A stretch of 64,000 bases of DNA from Candidatus Bathyarchaeota archaeon (GCA_963826715.1 CAWGYA010000008.1:992001-1056000); one strand, 5' to 3'. Positions 20,763 through 30,529 are shown, numbered from the stretch's first letter. Numbers and translations are program-made. Notes: a model not told the origin generated them from the letters alone.

Positions 20763-21304
20763 TTCTGATCGTTGACATGAACTGGAAACGGGATTCGTTG
20801 GCGAAAAGCGAGTTCGTAGAGCCAATAGTTTCAGTAGTTCAGCCTATAGAGGAATGTGTGGTGAAGCATTTTTTGGATGTTGGCGTTTCAGAAATTGATA
20901 GTTCAAGTCGCGTCATTTTATCTGGAACTACATTGAAGGATTTTGAAGCGCAAAGTCATCTTGATCATTTCGATTGGATAAAAACTTATCACAAGCCGAT
21001 TCTGGGAATATGCGCAGGTATGCAGGTTATAAGCTTAATTTATGGCATTCCTTTGCGGCAATGCCTTGGAATTGGTATGGTTGAAATTGAAACTGTCCAG
21101 CCTAACCCACTTTTTTCGGGAAGCTTTCGGGTCTATACTCTCCACAGCCTAACAGTTGAACATAGTGAGACCTTTGGAGTGCTGGCCGAATCAAGTAAGT
21201 GCATCCAAGCCATAAAACACAGCAAAAAACCCCTCTACGGTGTTTTGTTTCACCCCGAAGTGCGAAACCACGAAATTCTTCAACGCTTCATAGCATTCCG
21301 CTAA
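20759..21304 (+). CDS. Class-I glutamine amidotransferase (stand-alone glutaminase subunit)
   Basis: PILGICAGMQ nucleophile elbow and YGVLFHPE His-Glu; ATGA overlap with the dph6 stop. Confidence 0.88.
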   Translation: MILIVDMNWKRDSLAKSEFVEPIVSVVQPIEECVVKHFLDVGVSEIDSSSRVILSGTTLKDFEAQSHLDHFDWIKTYHKPILGICAGMQVISLIYGIPLRQCLGIGMVEIETVQPNPLFSGSFRVYTLHSLTVEHSETFGVLAESSKCIQAIKHSKKPLYGVLFHPEVRNHEILQRFIAFR

Positions 21305-21397
21305 CTTCATTTTTATCTGAAGCATGTTTAAGGCTTGACAAAAAATTAAAAGTTTAAAAGATTATTCTCTTAAATCTATTTTTGGAGACCAAATGTT

Positions 21398-23800
21398 TTG
21401 ATAAACAAGCTACCCGTTGAGAAACTCAGAAACATCTGTAACGCAAATTTCATGCATTGTCAATCAACTAAAGATCTTGTGCCACTCACAGAAATCATTG
21501 GTCAAGAACGTGCGGTGCGTGCCCTCAAATTCGGCTTAGGTATTAAAAACCACGGCTTCAATATGTACGTAGCAGGATACCCCGGAACTGGGAGAAAAAC
21601 TGCGGTGAAAAGTTTTGTGGAAGCCCAAGCGAAAACGATGCCAGTTCCTTCTGATTGGTGCTATGTCAATAACTTCGGCAACCAGTATGAACCAAAAGCT
21701 ATTCAGTTGCCTCCGGGCAAAGGCAAGGAATTCCGTGAGGACATGAAAAATTATGTTGAAAATGTAAAAAATGCTTTGCCGAAAGCTTTTGAAAGCGAAG
21801 ATTACCTTGCACGGCGGGAAGGGACGCTGCGTGATTTGGAGAATAAACGAAAAACGTTAATTGACGAGATGAACGTGAAGGCGCAACAAGAAGGTTTTGT
21901 CATACAAACCACTCCTGTTGGCTTGCTGCTTATTCCGGTTTTAGATGGCAAACCTCTTACTGACGCGGAAATGGTGGCTTTGCCCCAAAAAACCAAGGAT
22001 AAACTTGATGAGAAACGTGAAAAGTTGGAGACAGAATTCCGCAACACAATGCGGCAACTTATAGATATGGAACGCCGGATTCGTGATGCACTAAAAGGAC
22101 TCAACAAGGAAGTTGCGCTTTATGCCATTGGTAGTCAAGTACAGAGTCTCATGGAGAAGTATCAGTCTAATAATAATGTTACCGACCACCTCAAAGCGGT
22201 AGAGACTGACATTTTGGATAATCTTCAGGCTTTTGCTCGGAGAGATGGCGAACTCCAGAAGCAATTGCCGTTTACGATGCCCTGGATGAAGGAGGAACCC
22301 TACAAAAAATATGAAGTAAACGTAATCATTGATAACTCTGAAACCAAAGGCGCCCCGGTCGTTGTGGAAACTAATCCCACCTATCATAACCTGTTGGGGC
22401 GCACTGAGAAGGAGGCTCAGTTTGGGGCGTTAACCACAGATTTTAGTATGATTCGAGGTGGAGCTATTCACAGAGCTAACGGCGGGTACCTTATTTTGCC
22501 AGTTGAAGATCTTCTGCGCAACCCCCTCTCCTACGACGGATTGAAGCGGGACCTGCGGGATGGCAATATGACAATTGAGGAGCCTGAGGAACGCTACGGT
22601 TTTTTGAGCGTAAAAACCCTTAAACCCAAACCAATCCCGCTTTCTGCTAAAGTAATTCTCATAGGTGATCCTAACATCTACCAGATGATGTTTAGCCTAG
22701 ACCCAGATTTCCGGGAGCTCTTCAAGGTAAAAGCCGAATTCGACACCACTATGGCACGAATAGATACTAACATCAAACAATACGCTGAGTTTGTCTGTGG
22801 TTTATGCGAGCGGGAAAGTCTTAAGCACCTCAACGGCGGAGGTTTAGCTAAGTTGATTGAGTACAGCTCCCGTATCATAGAGGACCAATACAAACTCTCT
22901 ACCCACTTCTCGCTCATTGCTGATATTATTCGCGAGAGTAATTACTATGCTACCCAAGACAACTCTGAAGTAATTGAAGCCGACCACGTCATGAAAGCCA
23001 TAGAAGAAAAAATATACCGTAGCAAACTAATGCAAGAAAAAATTCAGGAAATGATAAGTCGCGGCTTCTTTCTTATTGACACTAGCGATCGAAAAGTGGG
23101 GCAAGTCAATGGTTTGTCGGTCATGGAACTTGGTGACTTCGCTTTTGGTACGCCTTCACGTGTTACCGTAAGCATTGGATTGGGTCGAGAAGGTGTGATC
23201 GACATCGAGAGGGAAGCAAAAATGGGCGGGCCAATCCATACTAAAGGTGTCCTTATTATAAGCGGTTATATTAACGACAAATATGCTCGCGATAAACCTC
23301 TTAGCCTCTCAGCGCGGCTAGTTTTTGAGCAGAATTACTCAGGTGTTGAGGGCGATAGTGCATCGAGCACCGAACTCTATTGTATACTTTCTGCGCTCTC
23401 AGGGCTTCCAATAAGACAGAACATAGCTGTCACGGGGTCGGTTAACCAGAAGGGGGAAGTTCAAGCCATAGGTGGGGTAAACGAAAAAATCGAAGGGTTC
23501 TTTGAAATTTGCAAAATTCGAGGCTTAACAGGCGAACAGGGAGTGCTGATTCCAGAGAGTAACATACAGAATCTGATGCTCAAAGAAGAAATCCTTGAAG
23601 CAGTCAAGGCTGGTCACTTTAGCGTTTACTCGGTAAAAACTATCGATGAAGGCATCGAAGTACTAACGGGCACCAAGTCTGGGCAGCGCCGTTCAGATAA
23701 TACATACGAAGAAAACACGGTCAACTATCTGGTGGATAAGCAGTTGCGCGAAATGGCAAACAAACTCAAAGAATATCCAGCTGCTGAAATGAAACCTTAA
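21398..23800 (+). CDS. Lon-family (LonC-like) protease
   Basis: IIGQERA, degenerate Walker A GYPGTGRK, GAIHRANGG, Ser-Lys dyad EGDSAS / GGVNEKIEGF. Confidence 0.9.
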   Translation: MINKLPVEKLRNICNANFMHCQSTKDLVPLTEIIGQERAVRALKFGLGIKNHGFNMYVAGYPGTGRKTAVKSFVEAQAKTMPVPSDWCYVNNFGNQYEPKAIQLPPGKGKEFREDMKNYVENVKNALPKAFESEDYLARREGTLRDLENKRKTLIDEMNVKAQQEGFVIQTTPVGLLLIPVLDGKPLTDAEMVALPQKTKDKLDEKREKLETEFRNTMRQLIDMERRIRDALKGLNKEVALYAIGSQVQSLMEKYQSNNNVTDHLKAVETDILDNLQAFARRDGELQKQLPFTMPWMKEEPYKKYEVNVIIDNSETKGAPVVVETNPTYHNLLGRTEKEAQFGALTTDFSMIRGGAIHRANGGYLILPVEDLLRNPLSYDGLKRDLRDGNMTIEEPEERYGFLSVKTLKPKPIPLSAKVILIGDPNIYQMMFSLDPDFRELFKVKAEFDTTMARIDTNIKQYAEFVCGLCERESLKHLNGGGLAKLIEYSSRIIEDQYKLSTHFSLIADIIRESNYYATQDNSEVIEADHVMKAIEEKIYRSKLMQEKIQEMISRGFFLIDTSDRKVGQVNGLSVMELGDFAFGTPSRVTVSIGLGREGVIDIEREAKMGGPIHTKGVLIISGYINDKYARDKPLSLSARLVFEQNYSGVEGDSASSTELYCILSALSGLPIRQNIAVTGSVNQKGEVQAIGGVNEKIEGFFEICKIRGLTGEQGVLIPESNIQNLMLKEEILEAVKAGHFSVYSVKTIDEGIEVLTGTKSGQRRSDNTYEENTVNYLVDKQLREMANKLKEYPAAEMKP

Positions 23801-24059
23801 AAATCCATAATCTCCATTTTTCTTTTTGTTGCATGTGTGTCTAACGATTTTCGATCCTAATGCAAACTTTCAACTTTGTGCATTAAAGGCATGTTTAGAG
23901 ATTTATTTCAAATCAAAATAAACCCGAGAGCCCCCAAGAGAAATTTTAATCTAGCTTAAACATACCTGCAATCTGCAAGATTTTCAAATAAAACTTTGCC
24001 CTTATCAAACAGAGCAGAAAACCCGACTAAATAGGGGAGACATAGACAAATACTGTGGA

Positions 24060-25847
24060 CTACATCGTTCCTGCCCAGAAAGGAACCTTCTTCCTCATCA
24101 AATTCACGTATTCCTTTAGGACATCTTGCTCTTCAGCGGTTAAATCATCCATATGCTCTGTCAAGAACGCTTTCGCATCTTTCTCTGGAACCTTTACATA
24201 GAGTACATCACGCTCAAAGAGGTGTCTGCCCGCAATGGGTTTATCCATCGAAATTGCCACCTGCGCACCAACCTTTGCTTCACCGATGGCTTTACCCTTG
24301 TCTTGAATCTGGTCCACCTCACCTAAATCAGCACCGTCCTCCTTTCGCAAAAGCGACACTTTAGGTTTTATTCTTCCACCTTGAACCTCTACACCCGCCA
24401 CTAGAGGTTTGGCTCGGCGGAAAATGCAGTTGGGCAATACCATTAGTTTGCCCGGTTTTGTTAGGGCTTCGAATTCGGCTTCGCTCTTAGCTTCCCGTTT
24501 ACTGCGAACCCATTCAAGATAATTATCGATCAAGTTGTAGATTATGGGTTCCTTGAAGATTGTAACTCCGCTGGCTGCGGCTTCTGCTTCTGCATCAGGA
24601 AGGGTTTTTACGCCAAACGCCAAAACAGCACCAACTAATGGATCATGAGTCTTCACTACGGAAGCTTCGATTACATCACGTTTGCTGATGTCGCCGATGT
24701 CAGCAATACGGACTTGGACATTATTGGCTTTTAGAATCTCAGCTATGGCCTCCAGAGAACCTAAAGTGTCTGCCTTCACGATAACGCCGTCGATTTGCGT
24801 TGTTATACGGATTCTGCCGATTTCCTCAGTTATTAGATTACAGTATTTACCAATATCCTCGCCCTGAGGTACTGAAAGCAGTGGTGCTCCAGCTAATGCT
24901 CTCTCCAATCCAGGTGCAACTACTTTTACACCAGCTGATGCATAAACGGTTTCGACACTGGTGAATTTGTCTCTTGGATCCCTCATTTCATCTAGGGGTT
25001 TTGGAACCAGAATTGTACGGACCCTTGCAGAAATAGGGCCATCTTTGCCGCCGACTACTACTAGATCATCCTTATGTAACGTGCCATCGTAGACAATGGT
25101 GTTGAGTGTCAAACCTAAACCTGGTTCCTCTTTAACTTCGAGCACTGAGCCTTTAGCGGGTCCATCCGTAGTTTGTAGTCTTTTTTTGAGAAACTGCTGA
25201 GTTAATCCAACCAGTACCATGACGAGTTCAGCTAATCCTTCGCCTGTCTTTGCGCTTGTAGGGACCAAAGCAATGTTTAGGGTGAAATCGCGGATGTGGT
25301 CAAAGCGGTCTGTTTTGAAGGTTAACCTTGAGAATTCTCCCATGACCTGATATAGGCGGTTGTTGAAGTCTTCTTGCACAAAGCTGCTTTGATCTGCATA
25401 AGATTTTAGGAAGGGTGTGGATTGATGCGCTTTCCAGCCAGGGATGCGATCGATTTTGTTGACAGCAACGATGAAAGGGGTTTTACGGGCTTTTAGGATC
25501 TCTATGCACTCAAGTGTTTGTGCCTCAAAACCCTTAAGTATGTCCACAACTAAGATAGCGATATCTGCAACGCTTCCTCCTCTTCGCCTAAGATTCGTAA
25601 AGGCTTCGTGTCCGGGGGTATCCACTATAAGTAGTCCAGGGATTTCGATACCTGTTTTAAAGTTGCCCATGTAAGGTCCAATGAGTTGTTTTAGAGTTTC
25701 CACGGGGAAAAAACTGGCGCCAATGTGTTGGGTCATGCCGCCTGCTTCTCGAGCTTGAACGCTGGTTTTACGCAATTGATCTAGAAGCGAGGTTTTACCA
25801 GTGTCTACGTGACCTAGAACACATACTATGGGTTGGCGCGTCGGTAT
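24060..25847 (-). CDS. infB: Translation initiation factor aIF5B (IF2), probable non-canonical ATA start
   Basis: RQPIVCVLGHVDTGKT, EAGGMTQHIGA, DTPGHEAF, NKID and KADTLGSLEA. The G1 motif lies upstream of the listed 25775 start; the frame opens after TAA at 25868-25866. Confidence 0.93.
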   Translation of the reverse strand: MPTRQPIVCVLGHVDTGKTSLLDQLRKTSVQAREAGGMTQHIGASFFPVETLKQLIGPYMGNFKTGIEIPGLLIVDTPGHEAFTNLRRRGGSVADIAILVVDILKGFEAQTLECIEILKARKTPFIVAVNKIDRIPGWKAHQSTPFLKSYADQSSFVQEDFNNRLYQVMGEFSRLTFKTDRFDHIRDFTLNIALVPTSAKTGEGLAELVMVLVGLTQQFLKKRLQTTDGPAKGSVLEVKEEPGLGLTLNTIVYDGTLHKDDLVVVGGKDGPISARVRTILVPKPLDEMRDPRDKFTSVETVYASAGVKVVAPGLERALAGAPLLSVPQGEDIGKYCNLITEEIGRIRITTQIDGVIVKADTLGSLEAIAEILKANNVQVRIADIGDISKRDVIEASVVKTHDPLVGAVLAFGVKTLPDAEAEAAASGVTIFKEPIIYNLIDNYLEWVRSKREAKSEAEFEALTKPGKLMVLPNCIFRRAKPLVAGVEVQGGRIKPKVSLLRKEDGADLGEVDQIQDKGKAIGEAKVGAQVAISMDKPIAGRHLFERDVLYVKVPEKDAKAFLTEHMDDLTAEEQDVLKEYVNLMRKKVPFWAGTM

Positions 25848-25999
25848 CTGATTAGTCTCCTTAAATTATTATAGATTGAAATGAATTGGATGTTGCTTAA
25901 TAAATGCGCTGATTTTATTTGTTTTATGGCTCGTTTTTCATTTTTATTTGTTTGGCAACGTTTTTATTTTCTTTTAGCTTCGTAGGTGATGGTGTTGTT

Positions 26000-26317
26000 A
26001 TGCCTTACTGTTTTAAATGTGGTTCAGTGATAAAAATCGATGACCAATTTTGCGCTGTCTGTGGCGCGGCTGTACCTAAATTCACGAGTGAAGAATTCAA
26101 GGTTTCAGGCAAAGATTTGGTTGACCGAGTTGGTCAGTTGTTGCATGAAGGCAATGTAACTCGCTTAATTATTAAAGATGAAGAAGACAAAACTTTGTTG
26201 GAGATTCCTGCAACTATTGGGGTTCTGGGAGTGGTTCTTGTGCCGTGGCTAGCAGCTTTAGGTGTAATTGCTGCTTTGGTGACTAACTGCACTTTAGTGG
26301 TTGAGAGAAGAGAATAA
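26000..26317 (+). CDS. Zinc-ribbon plus DUF4342-like protein
   Basis: CFKCG...FCAVCG then EEFKVSG..LV..V..L.HEGNVTR.IIK...LLEIP; ATG at 26000. Confidence 0.75.
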   Translation: MPYCFKCGSVIKIDDQFCAVCGAAVPKFTSEEFKVSGKDLVDRVGQLLHEGNVTRLIIKDEEDKTLLEIPATIGVLGVVLVPWLAALGVIAALVTNCTLVVERRE

Positions 26318-26325
26318 AAGTTTGG

Positions 26326-26523
26326 CTATTCAGGTGGCTTCACAATCAGCAGAAAAATTCCGAGTATCAGGAGGAATACACAAAGTACACCGAAGAATGC
26401 ACCGAATCCACCTAGTGGGCTTGTAGCTGTGAAGTAGAGCATTACTCCACCGATAATAATTATGATTAACCCGAATATTCTTTCAGATAGCGAAACCCAA
26501 AATCTGTCGCCTTCTTGACTCAT
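26326..26523 (-). CDS. Small two-TM membrane protein
   Basis: Two hydrophobic stretches; ATG start with purine-rich upstream sequence. Confidence 0.7.
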   Translation of the reverse strand: MSQEGDRFWVSLSERIFGLIIIIIGGVMLYFTATSPLGGFGAFFGVLCVFLLILGIFLLIVKPPE

Positions 26524-27019
26524 GCTTGTTTTCTTCCCTTGCCTGTTTTCTTGTATGTTTCTTTGATATAAACAAGAGGGGTTATTTTAAATTATTCCAT
26601 TATCCATTAATTGCTAAAAGTGAGTAAAGCTTTAAGGGTCAGATGAGAAATCTCTAGCTATAGGCCTCTGTTCAAAGTTTACGCCTTTTCACTTACAGAC
26701 GTATTTTGAGGGTAAGGTATTTTCTTTATTGCTTTTTCATGGCTCGAAACTGATAAGTGGTTTTTAGTTTAATTTTGTGTTCAATGCGACCGCGTTGGCT
26801 TATCTGGTGTTTTTCGTTTATTTTACTAATTTTTTATCCAGTTGCCACAAAAGAAAGAGTGTTGTTGTTTTAAGCTCCATTCTTGGTTTGTGGAGTTATT
26901 CCGAATCCGTTATCTCCAATATTTCTCAACTATATATTGATTATTTTTGATTCAAACGTAGTAAAAAAAACGGATCAAGTATTATTGATGGCATCCAAAG
27001 TTGCAATTTACTCAGAAAA

Positions 27020-28234
27020 TCAAGCTTTGCCCGATTGCAGAAGAAGTGAAATTAAATAATCGTTTTTCACTACTCCATATTTGCCCTTTTTGGCTGAGAA
27101 TTCATCAAATTTTTTAACTCCATCAGCATCAAGTACAGGTGATGCAATTGAGAATGGCACTGGATCTCGTGAATGAGTTCTGGTTTTGATAGGTGTTGGG
27201 TGGTCGGGTAAAACTGCGATTGCGTATGGTTCTCTGATTCCTGCTAAGATCCTGCCAATACAGCGCTTATCTAAATCCTCTATTGTTTTCACTTTCAGTT
27301 TATAGTCGCCTATATGCCCAGCTTCATCTGGTGCCTCAACATGAACAAATACCAAGTCGTTGTTCTTTAGCGCCTTTAATGCAGCGTCGGCTTTTCCTTC
27401 ATAATTGGTATTGTAGAGTCCCGTGGCGCCTTCCACATTAATGATTTCCATGCCTGCATACAAGCCGATGCCCTTGACAAGATCAACCGCGGAAATTACT
27501 GCTGCCTTTATTCCGTATTTCTCTTTAAGCGTGGGCATGGTTGGTTTTTTGCCGCCGCCCCAGAACCAAATTAAATTACCAGGTGATTTTCCCGCTTTGA
27601 CCCGTGCAATATTGACGGGATGATTTTGGAGAATGCTCTTGGAGCCCAAAATCATGTCGTTGAGTATCTGTGCGTTAGATTCTGCTTGAGGTACGTTAGC
27701 TTTCGGCATCACTTTTGAAACTGCAATGCCTATGGCATCGTGAGGTGGTGTGCAGGTGATTTGTTCTGGATTTGGAAAATTGCGCAATATCAGAAAGTGC
27801 CTGTAATCAAGTCCAGAATAGAATTCTATCTTGTTTGGCTTATCAAATTTGTTTTTCACTGCTACTATTAACTGCTCAGCTTCGGAGGTAGTTATATGTC
27901 CTGCTGAGTAGTCTGTTATGGCGCCTTTTTCTTCCGTGATTAGGTTGCATCTAAATGCTGAGTCATTTGGACCTAACTTTATGCTGCGTGAGGGTGCTTC
28001 GAGAGGTCCTCTGCCTGTACAGTATTTACGCGGGTCATATCCTAGAACTGAGCATATAGCGACATCGGAGCCTGGAGTACACTCGTCGGGTACAGTTTTG
28101 ATTAGCCCACTTCTACCTCTTGAGGTTATTTCGTCAATGTTGGGTTTAACTGCTGCTTGGAGCGGAGTTTTGTAGCCTAATTCAGCGATGGGACAGTCCG
28201 CCATGCCGTCTCCAACAATGAGTATGTACTTCAT
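27020..28234 (-). CDS. apgM: Cofactor-independent phosphoglycerate mutase (ApgM family)
   Basis: GDGMAD, PGSDVA, GRGPLEA, FVHVEAPDEAGH, PDHPTP and H..DPVPF. Confidence 0.92.
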   Translation of the reverse strand: MKYILIVGDGMADCPIAELGYKTPLQAAVKPNIDEITSRGRSGLIKTVPDECTPGSDVAICSVLGYDPRKYCTGRGPLEAPSRSIKLGPNDSAFRCNLITEEKGAITDYSAGHITTSEAEQLIVAVKNKFDKPNKIEFYSGLDYRHFLILRNFPNPEQITCTPPHDAIGIAVSKVMPKANVPQAESNAQILNDMILGSKSILQNHPVNIARVKAGKSPGNLIWFWGGGKKPTMPTLKEKYGIKAAVISAVDLVKGIGLYAGMEIINVEGATGLYNTNYEGKADAALKALKNNDLVFVHVEAPDEAGHIGDYKLKVKTIEDLDKRCIGRILAGIREPYAIAVLPDHPTPIKTRTHSRDPVPFSIASPVLDADGVKKFDEFSAKKGKYGVVKNDYLISLLLQSGKA

Positions 28235-28534
28235 TTTTATCGACTTGTTGGTTTTTGTTCTAGGGTTATAGTGGGTGTTGTATTTATCTGCTTACTAGTA
28301 GAACTTTTTGGGTTGTTGTTTTGACTTGCTGAATCTGAATGTCCAGTTAGTAACTTTTTTTACTATTATGTTGTTTAATCCATGAATAGTTTTATGTCAA
28401 TATATGGGTAATACTGTGCAATAAAGTAGGCTGAGGAAATGAGCTATGGAGGAGCTTTATTCAACTCATAACCAAACTTTTTCGGTGGGATAAAAAAACT
28501 CATGGCGTCTCTAAATCGAATAAAAAATAGAATT

Positions 28535-29218
28535 TTAAGAACTGCTGGCAGAGGCTTTATGCCACACCTTGTTCTTTAGGAAAATAAATGATGTTAAGGC
28601 AGTTATAAAAACTGAAACGGCAAAGATCACGTTTGCAAGGGTCAGCCATTCAGGAACCTGTAGCACTGCAATAGCTACTGCCGCAAAAATGTAGACTGAA
28701 ACCGCGGCGCAGAGCAATTGAGCCGTAACTATTGCTTTTTTTGTCCTAAGAACATTAGCTTTTAACAAGTTTAGCCCTGCTTCAATTCGTTTATTGACAT
28801 CAGGCAAGTCATCGAGTAGCAAAGTTAATCCGCCCAAAAGGAAGAATCTACCAATGTTCACTTCGGTACTGGCGTTGTTAACTAAAAAGATGGTGGTTAA
28901 TGGTGCAGCTGTGAAGGCTTCTACATAGATAGCGGAGAAGACTATGACTAGAAAGCCATAGAAATAATGATGGAATAGAAACCTCCCCGTGTGAAGTTTT
29001 CTCCCTAACATTGCACTTGGAAAAACATTTATAGCGGCTGCAAAGATAGCGATCCAGAGTATATTTCCATCAAAGAGATAGGGCGAAAACGGCTTCCAGC
29101 CGGGGTAATACCAGTAAACTCCTGCGAGGATACCTGCGGCCCACACAATAGTTAGGAGAGAGTTGAATACTAGCGATAAGCTGAAAATTTTTTTGCACAG
29201 TATCCACACTCGATCCAT
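28535..29218 (-). CDS. Multi-pass membrane protein of unknown function
   Basis: About six hydrophobic segments with a FHHYFYGF and LLLDD motif. Confidence 0.75.
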   Translation of the reverse strand: MDRVWILCKKIFSLSLVFNSLLTIVWAAGILAGVYWYYPGWKPFSPYLFDGNILWIAIFAAAINVFPSAMLGRKLHTGRFLFHHYFYGFLVIVFSAIYVEAFTAAPLTTIFLVNNASTEVNIGRFFLLGGLTLLLDDLPDVNKRIEAGLNLLKANVLRTKKAIVTAQLLCAAVSVYIFAAVAIAVLQVPEWLTLANVIFAVSVFITALTSFIFLKNKVWHKASASSS

Positions 29219-29462
29219 ATGTATCACTATTGGTTAAAATGAAATTATAACATCTTGATAAGAATGTTACCTCGTAAAAACCCGTAGTGCAACGAGGAAA
29301 ATCTTTTGATTTGAATTTTCTTAAAAGATGTCAAGTTTAGCGATAAAACAATATTTGTTGTGTACTTTATTTAAACAACAAATACTTCAACACTATTTTC
29401 TCAACACTTAAACCTTCACAATAGGTCCAAATTTATTAACTATACTTTTTTTGACCACATTC

Positions 29463-29568
29463 ATGCGGTCTTACGTGCCTCTTTAGTAGGAAATCAAAAA
29501 GGACCTTGTTGTGTTGCCCTTTTTGGTGAGGGCAACGCAGTCAAGAACCGCATTGATTATTTTTTTTT
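29463..29568 (+). ncRNA. Candidate structured small RNA of unknown family
   Basis: TTTATTAA at 29432-29439, terminal stem ATGCGGT/ACCGCAT, long internal stem 29505-29545 with G-U pairs valid only on +, poly-T at 29560-29568. Confidence 0.45.
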
Positions 29569-29726
29569 GTGCATTGAGATAATGATCGGACATAAAGTGT
29601 TTCGGTCGTTTAAGCCGACACGAAAACTTTATTGTCCTCACGAAAGAGGGGCGCATATCAGCCCCGCATTGTGTTGGATTAAATTTTAATTTGCCCAGAC
29701 TTACTTAAATGGTTAATTCTTAATTT

Positions 29727-29942
29727 TTATGATGAAAAATGCCAAGTATGATAACGCTTTTTTTCTCTATCCCACAAAAAAGCAGAAGCAACTATAAGAC
29801 CAATACCCAACAATAAAAGAAAAACCGTTAACCAAGCATTCGCATTTTGACCAAAATAATACCCATATGCACCAGCACTAATGGCAATTGCACCGAAAAA
29901 ACCAAATGCAATTGGATAAGTTTTTGGATTTATCTCCGTCAA
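29727..29942 (-). CDS. Small two-TM membrane protein
   Basis: TTG start overlaps the TGA of the upstream gene (TTGA); two hydrophobic helices and a basic tail. Confidence 0.7.
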   Translation of the reverse strand: MTEINPKTYPIAFGFFGAIAISAGAYGYYFGQNANAWLTVFLLLLGIGLIVASAFLWDREKKRYHTWHFSS

Positions 29943-30260
29943 AGAACCCCACGTTCTATTTTGTAATTTTTTCTTTTCTTTTTCTGCAATTTTTTCTGTA
30001 AAGGTCTAACTGGCGCAGTCGAACTGCTTTTTGATTCAACAAACAAGCGTTCTTTTTTTCCCGAATAAGGATTTTGTCTTGTTGCTTCAAAATCGCATCC
30101 AGTTTTTTTTTCTGGTTACATTAAAACCTTGCATAGCATAACCGATTTCATGGAGTCGTTGTACGCCTAAACCAGTTGCTTGATTTTTTGCTAATTGGAC
30201 TCTTTTCTTTTGCTTCTTCGCTTTTTTGCAGCCAAATAGGTTGAAACCAAACCCTGACAA
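29939..30260 (-). pseudogene. Small PD-(D/E)XK nuclease-like protein interrupted by one extra base in an A9 run
   Basis: With A8 at 30103-30111 it reads 106 aa including TGCDFEATR...KERLFVESKS; the stop overlaps the next start. Confidence 0.6.
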
Positions 30261-30529
30261 ATCAATTCACTACATCGTTTATTGGATTGGGTTCGTTTAT
30301 AAGACTTACCTTTATTCTGTGAGGTCAAAAAATTCGGCGTTAACTGTTTTAACCGTAAATTTTGCGCCATGTTGAACAGAATGAGGTAGTTTCTTCCAAG
30401 TCAACTCCTGAAACCAAAAAACTTGCTTTTTGGTTGCTGTTCTACTTATTAGACAAAAACATCGAACAATTGGACTTAATCGATTGCTGTTACCAAAACG
30501 TTGAAATTGTCAGCGCACAAAGCTTTGAA

